From Octopus bimaculoides (lineage: Eukaryota): DNA of 33,520 nucleotides. The notes beneath the pieces were generated by a model. It did not search any database. It had not been told where the DNA came from and saw nothing but the letters and a program-made list of their open reading frames with translations. The stretch is from positions 8,988,371 to 9,021,890 of the forward strand of contig NC_068984.1 in the NCBI RefSeq assembly GCF_001194135.2. The letters run 5' to 3'. A program made the translations under genes and the position numbers. Positions 1 through 10,104 of this stretch are shown here, piece by piece. Positions within the stretch are counted from its first letter, which is position 1. Every line of letters starts with the position of its first letter.

Positions 1-30
1 TATATATATATATATATACATACATATATT

Positions 31-74
<44 letters not shown>

Positions 75-75
75 C
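1..75. repeat. (TA)n/(TACA) microsatellite
   Basis: Direct dinucleotide repeat at window start. Confidence 0.95.
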
Positions 76-460
76 ACGTGATTAAAGAATGTATTCCAAG
101 AATGTTTTGTTTATTACATATATTAAAATTTTTACACATTCTCACAAACCCACACAGCTAGTCCTGTTAACGCTCTTTTATATGTATTTCAAATATGCAT
201 TTGCATATATTTGTCCCTTGCATGACTTTGGATGTGTGTATATACATGTCGGTGTGTACGTGCATATGTACTTAGGTATGCACGCATATATGTACTTAGT
301 TATGAACGTATATATAGCGATGTATACATACACGTGCATCTTCAAAGCTTTTATAAGACAATATAGTCACTGCATTCCATGACTCAGGTGCAGGTATTTA
401 CAGTCTGACACCTATCCACATGTTGAGCTATTGTGAGCACTCAATATACAAGAGCCATAG

Positions 461-680
461 GGCTGCGAGCTGGCAGAATTGTTAGCACGTCAGGCGAAAT
501 GCTAAGCGGTATTTTATCTGCCGCTACGTTCTTACGTTCTGAGTTCAAATTCCACCGGGGTCGAGTTTGACTTTCATTCTTTCGGGATCGATGAATTAAA
601 TACCAGTTGCCTACTGAGGTCGATCTAATCGACTGGCTCCATCCCCCAAAATTTCAGGGCTTGTGTCTAGAGTAGAAAAA
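461..680 (+). mobile_element. tRNA-derived SINE family A, full length, short tail
   Basis: Head GGCTGCGAGCTGGCAGAATT (A-box-like) and GAGTTCAAATTCC (B-box); body homologous to 698-864, 10628-10865 and others; tail AAATTTCAGGGCTTGTGTCTAGAGTAGAAAAA. Confidence 0.9.
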
Positions 681-697
681 GATATTTATTATTCAAA

Positions 698-864
698 GGC
701 GGCGACCTGGCAGAACCGTTAGCACACCGGGCGAAATGTTTTGTGGTAGTTAGTCTGTCTTTACGTTCTGAGTTCAAATTCCGCCGAGGTCGACTTTGCC
801 TTTCATCCTTCCGAGGTCGATAAATTAAGTACCAGTTGCGTACTGAGGTCCATCTAATCGACTG
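698..864 (+). mobile_element. SINE family A, second tandem copy, 3'-truncated
   Basis: GGCGGCGACCTGGCAGAACCGTTAGCAC...GAGTTCAAATTCCGCCGAGGTCGACTTTGCC; head-to-tail with 461-680. Confidence 0.9.
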
Positions 865-875
865 ACAAGATGAGT

Positions 876-1230
876 CCAGTTCTATATTTAAGAAATGAGG
901 AATTATATACATTATTTGCATTATTTACATCTAACGGATATTTGTCATCTATCAGCCGAAACTTTGCGTTAACAAGAAAAAAGATGAGGACAAATATCTG
1001 CCAAATGTAAATAATGTAAATAATGTACATAATTTCTCATCTCTTAAATATAGAACTGGCTTACAGCTGTTTCTGCGATATCCACGAGGATTGGATATTA
1101 CGTCATCAGAGACAAATAGGAGGGAAAATATGGAGAATGAGAATGGTGTATATCAATAAGATGACAACATAGAGGAAAGGAGTAAAAAACTAAGGGCATG
1201 GAGAAAAAGAAGAAAAAAGAAGCATAAAAG
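876..1230 (-). mobile_element. Penelope-like element terminal fragment with inverted duplication of its end
   Basis: Contains a minimal hammerhead (1058-1113) of the type associated with PLE terminal repeats; 71-nt arms 876-946 and 989-1059 are inverted copies. Right boundary approximate. Confidence 0.6.
1058..1113 (-). ncRNA. Minimal type-I hammerhead ribozyme motif (degenerate)
   Basis: Minus strand reads GUCU-CUGAUGA-CGUA AUAUCCA AUCCUCG UGGAUAU CGCA-GAAA-C AGCU G-UA-AGCC: intact CUGAUGA and GAAA cores, 7-bp stem II core, palindromic AGCU stem III loop, GUA cleavage triplet, 3 of 4 stem I pairs. Confidence 0.7.
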
Positions 1231-1243
1231 TTTATAAAACCCC

Positions 1244-1295
1244 TACACCACCTGTCTTCGTCTTTTGTTTTTTTTTTTGTGAATTCTTCCCCTAT
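1244..1295 (+). mobile_element. Short fragment of a second Penelope-like terminal repeat family
   Basis: ACACCACCTGTCTTCGTCTTTTGTT...GTGAATTC matches 23025-23062 (+) and 16960-17012 (-). Confidence 0.5.
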
Positions 1296-1968
1296 ATATA
1301 CTATATATATATATATATATGAATACAGACACGCACACACATACATATACTCATACAAACATACATACACACATTCATACATACATGCATACATACTTAC
1401 ACTCACATGCAAACACACAGGCACACACACATAGTTATTGGAGAAAAACTGCAAAGTTTTCTATCTAAAATCAGTTTCAATTCCTAGTGGAACTTTTATA
1501 TCTCCAGGGAAAGTGTTAATGCAACATGGTTTCGTCACGATGTTCTTAGATATAAGACATTATTGTTTAATGCGCTGTTTCTTGGCCAAAAGACATTTGG
1601 CACCCAATATTGTAATTTATGTTCCGCAGGGATAAATTCAATTCGGTGAGGGAATTGGATACGGGTGTGGTTTTGAAGTCATACACAATATCTATATTTT
1701 TATTTCATCATGGCTTTTATGCTTTGTCGATCACTCACACGCGCTCACACACACATACACATACACACACACACGCACACACACACTCACACACATACAC
1801 ACACACAAACGAGACCACACACATGTCCCGAAAACAAAACATTAAACTATACAACTAATTAATTGTCATTATTGTAAGAGTCACGCGATCTCTTAATTTC
1901 CAAGAATTTTATAGAAATATAGGAATAAGAATTAAACAAAAGACAATTTGGTAAGATTGTAAATGGAA

Positions 1969-2024
1969 TATGCGTGTATGCGTGTATGCGTGTATGCGTG
2001 TATGCGTGTATGCGTGTATGCGTG
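1969..2024. repeat. 8-bp tandem repeat (TATGCGTG)x7
   Basis: Seven consecutive units. Confidence 0.9.
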
Positions 2025-2677
2025 TGTGTGTGAGTGCACATGTGTATTTATTCATATATTTATTGTATATGTATAAATATTATAGGGGTATCTAAGTATG
2101 TATAAATATACATGCATGCATATATGTATATGTGCAATGTGTATATATTTATATAGTCACACACAAACACGCATATGTGTGTGTATGCATCTATGAGTGA
2201 GTGTGCGTGTGCGTGTAAATTATAAAGTATATAGTATAAATTATACATGTAGCCTATGTGGTTCATTATTGTCTTCTACAGCTGTTTCAATGTGAATTGC
2301 TGTCTATCTGCTTTTTATTCAAAAATATTCTCACTTCAATCGTTTTAGCTTATTTTGTATATGCATGCAAGTTTGTTCCACCGAGATGTATCGCATTGTC
2401 TTATCGAATTCGATTTAGTCGATATGCTATCAAATGATCTCTCAATTATCGTAGATGCATTACTTTGATGTTTAAGAATCAATAACGTATTCTTAACATT
2501 TTCTCTTTCTGCTCGGATTTTTTTCCTACATTTTTTTACCGCATATCCTCATCAAGCAACCATATTATATGAACCTTACCAATTACCGGTTCGTTGTGCA
2601 CCGTGGCATGCTATGCAAGCGCGTCTGAATATTGCACTTTCCCACACACACACGCATACACATACACACACACACAC

Positions 2678-2736
<59 letters not shown>

Positions 2737-2844
2737 CCTTTCTTTATTAGCCACACAGGGCTGAACACAGATGGGACAAATACAATGCCCTGTGTGGCTA
2801 ATACAGAAAGTTATCTATCTATCTATCTATCGATGGGATGGGTG

Positions 2845-2910
<66 letters not shown>
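2678..2910. repeat. (GATA)n arrays flanking a 24-bp-arm hairpin
   Basis: (GATA)n 2678-2736 and 2848-2910; inverted arms 2738-2761 and 2787-2810 match at 23 of 24. Confidence 0.9.
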
Positions 2911-2912
<2 letters not shown>

Positions 2913-3078
2913 TGTCAGTCTATTGGTTAAGATCAAATCTCTCCTATTCTGGACCTTACCATCTTGAGTACGACAAAAGCATAAAGAATGAAGTCGTATC
3001 AAACACTCATAAGTATGTAATGGCCACGACTGGAATGTCTTAGATTATTTTAAGTAAATAGTGTGTATAGCAATTTGA

Positions 3079-3272
3079 AGGCATCGAGTTAGCACAATCG
3101 TTGGCACGCCGGACAAAATGCCTAGCGGAATTTCGTCCGACTTGACGCCGAGATCGACTTTGCCTTTCATTTTTTAGGGGGTCGATAAAATAAGCACCAG
3201 TTGAGCACTAGGGTCGATGTAACCGACTTGACCCCTTCCTCGAAATTGCTGGCATTGTGCCAAAATTTGAAG
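3079..3272 (+). mobile_element. SINE family A, diverged, third tail variant
   Basis: GGCATCGAGTTAGCACAATCGTT...GTCGATAAAATAAGCACCAGTT...; tail AAATTGCTGGCATTGTGCCAAAATTTGAA; B-box region deleted. Confidence 0.8.
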
Positions 3273-3378
3273 TTATTTGTAATGGTGTTAGCCCCATGTC
3301 CCTGCCTAATAGAATAAATATATGATCAAAGGGTTTGAAACTGCGAACATTATTGTTCTTCCTTTTTATCAGTCTCTC

Positions 3379-3449
3379 CCACTATAGCCGCGCGCCGATC
3401 TAAGCTTTGTGAAAGGATTTACTAGACAGAAACTAAAAGAAGCCCGTTG

Positions 3450-3523
<74 letters not shown>

Positions 3524-3575
3524 TTTGTCCCACAGCTTTGGTTGCCAACAGGTGCTGGTTTGTTTATGTCTCTGT
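3379..3575 (+). mobile_element. SINE family B (head lost) with internal (TG)n, nested in an older repeat
   Basis: ACTATAGCC...GAAACTAAAAGAAGCCCG, (TG)n 3451-3522, then the TTTGTCCC...GGTGCTGGTTTGTTTATG tail; flanks 3285-3375 and 3576-3695 resemble the repeat at 27550-27725. Confidence 0.75.
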
Positions 3576-4157
3576 ATTGTTTCCTTTTTATTTTTATCAG
3601 TACCTTTACGACTACATTATCGAATTTATCTTCGCCAAGGCAACTGAGCATAATACGAGCAGAGGAGATTTGACTGGTGTTTCTAGCAATCGATAGAAAC
3701 ACATGCCCAGTCGTTCGCTTGTCTGTTTTCTAATAATTTTTATGTGATTATTAAGATGTATTATCATCAGTGGCTTCATACCAAACGACATTTGCGTTAG
3801 ACGAGAGCGTGAGGTGAGGAGGTGCCTATGGACGATAAGAGACATAACTGGAGGACAATCTGCAGAAGGAATGGCTTACAAATCTATTCCTGTTGCCGGA
3901 TTTGGTCTGAGTGAGTAAAAGAGTAAATTTAATGAAAATACTTTCGATTTCTGAAGATTTTCTATTTCACGCGAGGGTATATGTTCCGACAATACGTTTG
4001 ATCATCTAGTTCTGTTGAAGTAAACATCTATGTTGAGTTCATCGCGTATCCAATTGCGTGTAATGTATTCTATGGCGAGGGCCACCATATTTTCCATTGT
4101 TTGTGATTTTGTTGAAGTCTCTCCATTTTATTGGGTCATCCTATAAACAGTGCGGTT

Positions 4158-4556
4158 ACTCTCTTTTACTCTTTCACTTGTTTGTCATTTGACTGCGGCC
4201 ATGCTGGAGCACCACCTTTAGTCGAGCAAATCGACCCCAAGACTTATTCTTTGTAAGCCTAGTACTTATTCTATCGGTTTCTTTGGCCCAACCGCTAAGT
4301 TACGGGGACGTAAACACACCAGCATCGGTTGTCAAGCGATGTTGGGGGGGGGGACAAACACACACACACACACATATATATAAACATATATACGACGGGC
4401 TTCTTTCAGTTTCCGTCTACCAAATCCACTCACAAGGCTTTGGTTGGCTCGAAGTTATAGTAGAAGACACTTGCCCAAAGTGCCACACAGTGGGACTGAA
4501 CCCAGAACCATGTGGTTGGTAAGCAAGCTACTTGCCACACAGTCACTCCTGCCCCT
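4158..4556 (-). mobile_element. SINE family B, full length, inserted next to the mariner TIR
   Basis: Minus-strand head AGGAGTGACTGTGTGGCAAGTAGCTTGCTTACCAACCACATGGTTCTGGGTTCAGTCCC, internal TA/CA microsatellite, tail ending in GAAAGAGTAAAAGAGAG. Confidence 0.95.
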
Positions 4557-4956
4557 AGTCATACTTCTTTTATTTTTCAAAATTAAGATATACAAAGTTA
4601 TTTTTTAACCTAAAATATACGCTCTTTCATTTTCTATAATTCTCTTCCATCTCTCTGATAGACTTGCAAGGCCCCTCTTCCAAAATTCACTTGTCCGTAA
4701 CGAAAAATCCTCCTCTGGTACTACTCTGACCTTGTCTACAGAATTCATATTTTCCCGTCCAAATAATTTTGAAGACTGCGGAATGAACGATAGTCTGATG
4801 GGGCAATGTAGGTCGAATATGGTAGGTGGGTCATCATTTCCTATTCAAATTGTTCCAGCCTTTGGAATATCATCCTCGCTGTAGGTAATCGAGCATTATT
4901 CTGATGGAAGAACACTTTCGTTTTGAATCCAAAGATGGTCGTTTTTATTGTAGAAC

Positions 4957-5026
4957 AAACTTGAATGACTGGTTGAATGACCAAGTCCAAACTTGAATGA
5001 CTGGTTGAATGACCAAGTCCAAACTT
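4957..5026. repeat. Perfect 32-bp tandem duplication inside the mariner
   Basis: AAACTTGAATGACTGGTTGAATGACCAAGTCC at 4957-4988 and 4989-5020, plus AAACTT. Confidence 0.95.
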
Positions 5027-5179
5027 CTCTGCTAGTTGCTCCACGGTTACGATGGGATTTTATTCCAGCAGGGTTTGCAGGATATCCTTGTCGAGCTTTA
5101 TAGGTCGAAAATAAGGGGTGTTACATTAGTTCACTGGTAGTGAACAGCTGGCACCGTAATAGATCTCCAGCTTTAGAAG

Positions 5180-5521
5180 CTGTGCAAAGACAATAAAGTT
5201 AAAAATGATAATACAACTCTCTTAAGAACGAAATAGCCCGGCTATGGAAAATGAAGAAGGTGAAGATAGTGCCAATTATTGTTGGGTCCTTGGGAACAGT
5301 ATCTAAAGGCATCATCAGGAATATAAAGGAAATTGGAATAGTGTACCCAGTAGAACTGTTACAAAAAGGTTTACCTCCTTGGCAAGGCCAGAATAATTAG
5401 GAAAGTATTAGCTGTAAAGAGCGAATATCATGGTACCGTAGGCTGCAAGTAGAAAGCCTGCTACACATGCAAGACTCAGGGAACTCCAACAAAAATCTGT
5501 GATAATGAGAAAAAAAAAAAA

Positions 5522-5578
<57 letters not shown>
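5180..5578 (+). mobile_element. 3' end of an R4/Dong-like (RLE-type) non-LTR retrotransposon, frameshifted, ending in (AAT)n
   Basis: 5221 onward translates LKNEIARLWKMKKVKIVPIIVGSLGTVSKGIIRNIKEIGIVYPVELLQK, then after a frameshift LLGKARIIRKVL, the typical C-terminus of R4-clade elements; then a 3' UTR, A-run and (AAT)n 5523-5578. Confidence 0.75.
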
Positions 5579-5579
<1 letters not shown>

Positions 5580-5740
5580 TTCTACTCTAGGTACAAGGCC
5601 TGAAATTTTGCAGGAGGGGTCTAGTCTATCAAATAGATTCCAGTGTTTCGCTGGTAGTTAATTTATCGACCTCGATAGAATGAAAGGTAAAGCCGACCCC
5701 TGCGGAATTTGAACTCAGAATGTAAAGGCAGACGAAATGC
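5580..5740 (-). mobile_element. SINE family A, 5'-truncated
   Basis: Reverse complement of the family A body and short tail (TTCTACTCTAGGTACAAGGCCTGAAATTTT...GGAATTTGAACTCAGAATGTAAAGGCAGACGAAAT). Confidence 0.85.
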
Positions 5741-5744
5741 AATA

Positions 5745-5825
5745 ACAATAATAATCATCATCATTATCATCATCATCATCATTATCATCATTACCACCAT
5801 CACTATCATTATCATCATCATCATA
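5745..5825. repeat. (ATC/ATT)n trinucleotide microsatellite
   Basis: Direct repeat; source of the poly-Ile ORF 5709-5960. Confidence 0.9.
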
Positions 5826-6340
5826 TTAATGCAATTTATTTTATCTGTAATAGGTAGCGTATTCTGTTCTATTGTAGGGAAAGGTGACTCTCGTTCATTT
5901 TATTGTGTAAAAATGTATTGTTGCATCGTATTTTGCCAAAAGATGTTGAAGCAATTTTAAACTTGAAAAAATAAAAAAAAATAATCCACTGAGTTTTTAT
6001 TTATTTATTTATTTTTCCTTTCTCGATACCAAACAATCTCATGCTTTCACCATTATGATGTAATTGTATGGAGGAATGTATTCCGTATAAACGGTGTTTG
6101 GAATCTATGAGAGCAATATTCTTGTCGTTTTGAAAACCAATATGAATGGATAAAGACACGAGATTAGAAGTTGTTATCTAAATCTTTGACTTGGGTTCAT
6201 TATTCAAATGTTGTTGTTTTTGTTGTTGATGGTGGTGTTTTTTATTATCCCTAGGTCAGCACGCATCAACCGGACCTGAGTCAGCACGTCAGAAGCGTTC
6301 TAGGTGTAACTATCCTTTTGATATTCATACACGCCATAAC

Positions 6341-6541
6341 TAGGCGCAGGCAGTGTGGTGGCACTGGCGTGGCTTTGTGCTAAGAAGTTTGTTTAGATGG
6401 CTCCCCAACAATAGGGTTCTGAGTTCATTCCTACTACGTGGAACCTTGGTGATGTGCCTTCTACTATAGCCTCGGGCCTACCAAAGCCTTTGGAGTGGAT
6501 TTGGCAGACGGAAACTGAAAGAAGCCCTCCATATATATATA
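6341..6541 (+). mobile_element. SINE family B, 5' half
   Basis: AGGCGCAGG...GGTTCTGAGTTCATTCC...CTACTATAGCCTCGGGCC...GACGGAAACTGAAAGAAGCCC, then a (TA)n run; tail absent. Confidence 0.9.
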
Positions 6542-6544
6542 TAC

Positions 6545-6760
6545 GCTGCGCGCACATCTGCGATGTTTTTCTCAGTTCTTCTGGTTGCGGGTCTCCCAGA
6601 ATGTTCGTCAATATCGACATTTTTTTGCCATTTTGGAAACGTCTGAACCAGTCGTACATTTGTATGCGGCTCACACACTCCTCTCCATACACTTTCTGCA
6701 ACATTGCATCGACCTCTAAACAGGTATCATCATGACAACTTTCTATACGCCTTCCTTCCA
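6545..6760 (-). mobile_element. Mariner transposase N-terminal HTH fragment, frameshifted
   Basis: Minus frames give MLQKVYGEECVSRIQMYDWFRRFQNGK and VDIDEHSGRPATRRTEKNIADVRAA, matching the mariner HTH and GRP linker. Confidence 0.85.
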
Positions 6761-6869
6761 TGCACAGCAGGGGTCAAGGTCAATCTTTATCAAGCTGCTT
6801 TACTCTGCGTGCTTTAGCTCCGTTACTACGGCAACAGGCCGGATACTTATTGATCAGACCACGTATACT

Positions 6870-7200
6870 GCGTACTGGCATCTGTCGGTTACGACGACGA
6901 GTGCTCCAGCTAATCTGATCAGCCGAAAAGGCTGCTGTGAAATTAGCGTTCGTAGCTGAGCTACCCCCAAAGACACACGTTTCCTTAACGTAGTTCTCCA
7001 GAAGATTCAACGTGATACACAACGTGACAAGGCTGGCCCCTTTGTAATTAGAGGTACAAACTCAGTTTTGGCAACTTAGTCGGCTGGAGCAACGTCAAAG
7101 AAAGTCTCTTGCTCAAGGACACAACGTGTCACCAGGAATTGAACTTAGGTCCTGGTGATCGGGAACCGAATATCCCAGCCATTTAACCACGCGCCTTCGC
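6870..7200 (-). mobile_element. SINE family D (OR1/OR2-like: distinct tRNA head, 3' half shared with family C)
   Basis: Minus-strand head GCGAAGGCGCGTGG...AAGTTCAATTCCTGG...GTGTCCTTGAGCAAG; 3' half GAACTACGTTAAGG...CTCGTCGTCGTAACCGAC shared with 29968-30345. The OR name is from recall. Confidence 0.85.
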
Positions 7201-7803
7201 GTTGTAAGAAATGACCATTAATTTTAGACGTTTGTCTAGTGAATAACATTTTCATGACAATACGAAATTACCAAGGCTGTTGTTGCATATAAAACTTTCC
7301 CATCAAGAAATGCATATGCTTTTCAGCTCCATATATAAATAAAACATGGTTTGTCTTGAACATTAGGTTTGAGTTGGAGCCAATGAAAAGGTTGGGGAGA
7401 CGTTGAAATAGTAAGATCATGTGACTGATGTCAGTTTGCCAAATTTTCCAAATAATCAAGTGATTGCAAATTTTTCTGGTTATAAATAGTACAACAGAAA
7501 AGAAGAAGAAGAAGAAGAAGAAGAGAGAGGGTGAAAGGTATCAATCAGACGAGAATTCAAGTTTACTTTTGTCTGTCTGATAACCCAGTCTCTCTCTCTC
7601 CCTATCTATATTCAAATATCTCTACCATGCGAGTCGTATTAATGATGAAAGTACGTGACCTTAAATGATAATTAATACATTGAAAAAAAGGTCTGGGTAC
7701 ACACACAAACACACACATACACACACACGCAAACATGCGCACATACACATACACAGATACATATATATATATATATATATATATCATTTATTAGCTACTG
7801 ACC

Positions 7804-7839
<36 letters not shown>

Positions 7840-8090
7840 NNNNNNNNNNNNNNNNNNNNNNNNNNNNNNNNNNNNNNNNNNNNNNNNNNNNNNNNNNNNN
7901 NNNNNNNNNNNNNNNNNNNNNNNNNNNNNNNNNNNNNNNNNNNNNNNNNNNNNNNNNNNNNNNNNNNNNNNNNNNNNNNNNNNNNNNNNNNNNNNNNNNN
8001 NNNNNNNNNNNNNNNNNNNNNNNNNNNNNNNNNNNNNNNNNNNNNNNNNNNNNNNNNNNNNNNNNNNNNNNNNNNNNNNNNNNNNNNNNN

Positions 8091-8122
<32 letters not shown>

Positions 8123-8842
8123 TGCATACATACAAAGATAGCTACATACATTCACACACACACACACACACACACAAACATAAAGTACATATATACATAC
8201 TTACATACTGACATGGTGGAAGTCGACACGTGACTAAGTAAGACCAGTTCTTAAACTCAATTCATTCTTAGAAACACTTTCAGCTTGTTTTCCTTATCGC
8301 TGATAAGTTCTCATATGGCTCCAAAGGCCTGCAAGGGACTTTCAACACATTCCACATTGATTACAAGTTGGTTTTCCAGCAGCATTTTACCTATCTACAC
8401 GTTGAGAATTATAATACAGAAAGAGTTCACTGGCTGACCTACGCACTTTGTTGCACAGGGTGCTCGAGAGATCAAATCAGTAGACGTGGGTGTTTCTATG
8501 ACTGCTCTGGTGGATGATTAGACCTGCCATGCAGAAGCCGACACGACCACACTAGTCACACGAAAGCTAGTTTTTTCTACATTTTACTGGGCATAAAGTA
8601 TATTCTTAGCTGTAGTACATTCTCGGCTGCAATAGCGACAGCATGGATTTCTTCCATCTTCCTGCTCTGATAAAGTATTTGTGTAAAATTATATTAATGT
8701 ATCCGACTGATTAAATTTCTATTTATATGTGCAGCTGATGATGGCCCTGCATTTAAATAGATGTAATGATTACGTTGTACAATAAATGGAGCCGCTTGAA
8801 ACGGTCGTACTGCATCACTTCTTGATATCCTGCTGTTTGTTT

Positions 8843-8845
<3 letters not shown>

Positions 8846-8923
<78 letters not shown>
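8846..8923. repeat. (TA)n microsatellite
   Basis: Direct repeat. Confidence 0.95.
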
Positions 8924-8928
<5 letters not shown>

Positions 8929-8939
8929 TTATTACTTTA

Positions 8940-9295
8940 TTCTATTATTTGTTTTAGCCATTTGACTGCAGTCATGCTGCAGAATCGCCTTTAGTAGAAC
9001 AAATCGATCTCAGGACTTATTCTTTGTAAGCCTAGCACTTATTCTATCGGTTTCTTTTGCCGAACGTAAACACACTAACATAACACCGGTTGTCAAGAGA
9101 TGGTGGGGAGACAAACACAGATATACATATATGCACGACTGGTTTCTTTCAGTTTCCGTCTACCAAATCCACTCACAAGACTTTGGTCGGCCCGAGGCTA
9201 TAGTAGAAGACACGTGTCCAAGGTGTCATATAGTGGGACTGAACCTGGAGCCATGTGGTTCGTAAGCAAGCCACTTACCACACAGCCACTCCTGT
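8940..9295 (-). mobile_element. SINE family B, full length
   Basis: Collinear with 4158-4556 throughout. Confidence 0.95.
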
Positions 9296-9769
9296 ATACA
9301 CGTACAGGTATTGTAAAAAACATTGAAGTATTCAATGATTAGTATTTTAGAGATGAAGGGAATTTCGAAATTGTATGTATGTATGTATATGTATGTATAT
9401 GTATGTATATGTATGTTATATGCTTAACAATGAGTATTAAATTAACATAGCCATCCAGGTATCATTTGATGTAAATACAGCGTTGAAAGGCAAATTTACT
9501 GTAGTATTCGTCCGGAGATAACACCTGCAACCATCCAAGCAGCGCCTAGCGAGGACGCCAGACGCATTTCGGCGTCGTGGGTCATGCCAGTGGCTAGATC
9601 TCACATCCAGCCACTCAGCTACACGAAATTATTCGCCACCAGAAAAGAGGTAAACACTGAAAAATATCAATGGTATTGCGAATAGTCTCCCGGCTACATT
9701 AAAGAAAAAAAAAGCAGTTATAGCCAATAGAATCAGTGTTAAATTAAAATAGCCATCTATGTTTCATAC

Positions 9770-9820
9770 TTAGTCTAAATACATCGTTGAATTGCAAATT
9801 TCCTTCGAAAACAAACGTGT
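9770..9820 (-). CDS. Candidate internal exon (51 nt, phase 1-1) of the minus-strand gene
   Basis: Acceptor TGTATCCTTTCTTGTAG, donor TAA|GTATGA; open frame TFVFEGNLQFNDVFRL. Not directly linkable in phase to 17848-17858. Confidence 0.3.
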   Translation of the reverse strand, partial: TRLFSKEICNSTMYLD

Positions 9821-10104
9821 CTACAAGAAAGGATACAATCTATGAAGACATCACGTATTAAATTCCAAACAGAAAAATATATCTGTATATCTATATTGCT
9901 CTGTGTGCGTCTCTTTTCCTCCTCTGTCTCTCTCTCCTCTTTCATATACACATATACATAGAAACACATTGCCACATTCATACGTAGAAACATATTCAAC
10001 ATAATACACAGACAGGAAGTCTGGTCTGTTTGAAAGGTCGAAAATAGGAGGTTGTGGCCTTTGTAGCTTCCCGAACCACACTTGAAATTTCTATTTTATC
10101 GCCA

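Larger units (their letters stand above)
4131..5100 (-). mobile_element. Mariner (Tc1/mariner) deletion derivative, decayed transposase, interrupted by a SINE
   Basis: TA + TIR-like TTGGGTCATCCTATAAACAGTGCGGTT (4131-4157). Minus-strand translation KVFFHQNNARLPTAR...*EMMTHLPYSTYIAPSDYRSFRSLQNYLDGK matches mariner HDNARPH and HPPYSPDLAPSDY motifs. LDKDILQTLLE*NPIVTVEQLAEKFGLGHST (5000-5080) matches the second HTH. Confidence 0.9.

Noticed and set aside
2277-2290. Additional GAAACAGCTGTA stem-III-like motif on the minus strand (similar at 21794-21804, plus strand)
   Set aside because: No CUGANGA core upstream, so not a hammerhead.
2580-2624. Minus-strand 45-nt segment encoding RACIACHGAQRTGN (CxxCH-like)
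   Set aside because: Weak acceptor next to a microsatellite; a single motif in 14 aa is expected by chance; not linkable to other exons.
3600-3696. Plus-strand exon-like stretch YLYDYIIEFIFAKAT...
   Set aside because: Sequence resembles the old repeat family F (27550-27725) and has no donor.
4957-5026. 32-bp direct repeat as a CRISPR-like array
   Set aside because: No spacers, only two units, inside a mariner in eukaryotic DNA.
4131-6760. One large mariner spanning both minus-strand fragments
   Set aside because: Both fragments appear to cover the region just after the GRP linker with different sequence (LDKDILQTLL versus RTEKNIADVR), so they are separate elements.
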